NCBI GenBank assembly: GCA_965242725.1
Contig: CBDESZ010000006.1
Coordinates: 64,001-128,000 of the forward strand
From: Alkalispirochaeta sp.
Lineage (GTDB): Bacteria; Spirochaetota; Spirochaetia; DSM-27196; Alkalispirochaetaceae
Direction of reading: 5' to 3'
DNA length: 64,000 nucleotides
Position 1 is the stretch's first letter, and every line of letters begins with the position of its first letter. The notes under the pieces are model-generated. The model ran no database searches. It was not told the origin of the DNA and saw only the letters and a list, made by a program, of their open reading frames with translations. The position numbers were made by a program, and so were the translations under genes. Positions 63,528-64,000 of the stretch are shown piece by piece.

Positions 63528-64000
63528 CTACCAAACCGTGAGGATTTGGTCAAGGGAGCGGGCGAGGAGATTGTAGGCCAGGTGGCCGAGGGCGCCGATG
63601 GTGAGGGCGACGGGGAGGGCGATGCGGGGGCGGGGGACCCCATGTCTGTGTCGGTGGTCGGGGGCGGGGTGCAGGGCGTGGCCGTAGAGCCAGGTGGTGA
63701 CGACGTGGATGGTGCCGGCGGTGATGAAGCGCAGCAGGATGAGGCCGGTGGGGGCGAGGATGTAGAGCAGGTTTTCGGTGGCGGCGAAGCCGAGGCCGAC
63801 GGCGGCGCCGCGGCTGCCGGGTCTGCTGGCGTTGCCGGTCGTGCCCGATGCCCACACCGCGAGGAGTTTGGCGCCTTCCTCCAGGAGCACCACAACGGTG
63901 AGCCACGCGACGGCCGGCGCCCGTGCTACGGGGAGGAGCGAACGGAGCGCCAGCAGGACGACCATGGCGGCGACGGCGGCGGTCGCTCCTGCGCCGATCT
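63528..64000 (-). CDS. PrsW-family intramembrane protease, 5' end probably off the window
   Basis: EEGAK, GLGFAATEN, IH, GHLAYN. Confidence 0.75.
   Translation of the reverse strand, partial: IGAGATAAVAAMVVLLALRSLLPVARAPAVAWLTVVVLLEEGAKLLAVWASGTTGNASRPGSRGAAVGLGFAATENLLYILAPTGLILLRFITAGTIHVVTTWLYGHALHPAPDHRHRHGVPRPRIALPVALTIGALGHLAYNLLARSLDQILTVW

Overview
Bacterial window, probably a spirochaete (inferred from protein styles only), with three parts. (1) 1-29.8 kb is a copper/heavy-metal island: two P1B ATPases, CopZ, two CsoR, an OmpR-type two-component system and SHOCT proteins. It also carries pflBA, an archaeal-type GAPDH plus ldh, a sulfur module and an Enzyme I-YHS fusion. Two recurring operator motifs are readable in the DNA. 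(2) Two direct copies of an IS91/ISCR-like rolling-circle element (30523-36000 and 52307-56443). In each, the HUH transposase sits head-to-head with an integron-type attC cassette array (higBA cassette, araC cassette) and no intI is present. All junctions fall at TACT. The copies bracket 16.3 kb of GC-rich housekeeping DNA (sulfatase/ABC, leuB, tkt, xylB) that starts and ends in broken genes. (3) 56.4-64 kb holds a truncated lnt, a cadA-like ATPase with ArsR, a LysM/M23 peptidase, a second decayed attC array and tRNA-fMet. The best candidate new system is the integrase-less attC cassette array carried by a rolling-circle transposase. All product calls are motif recognition by eye, not database results.
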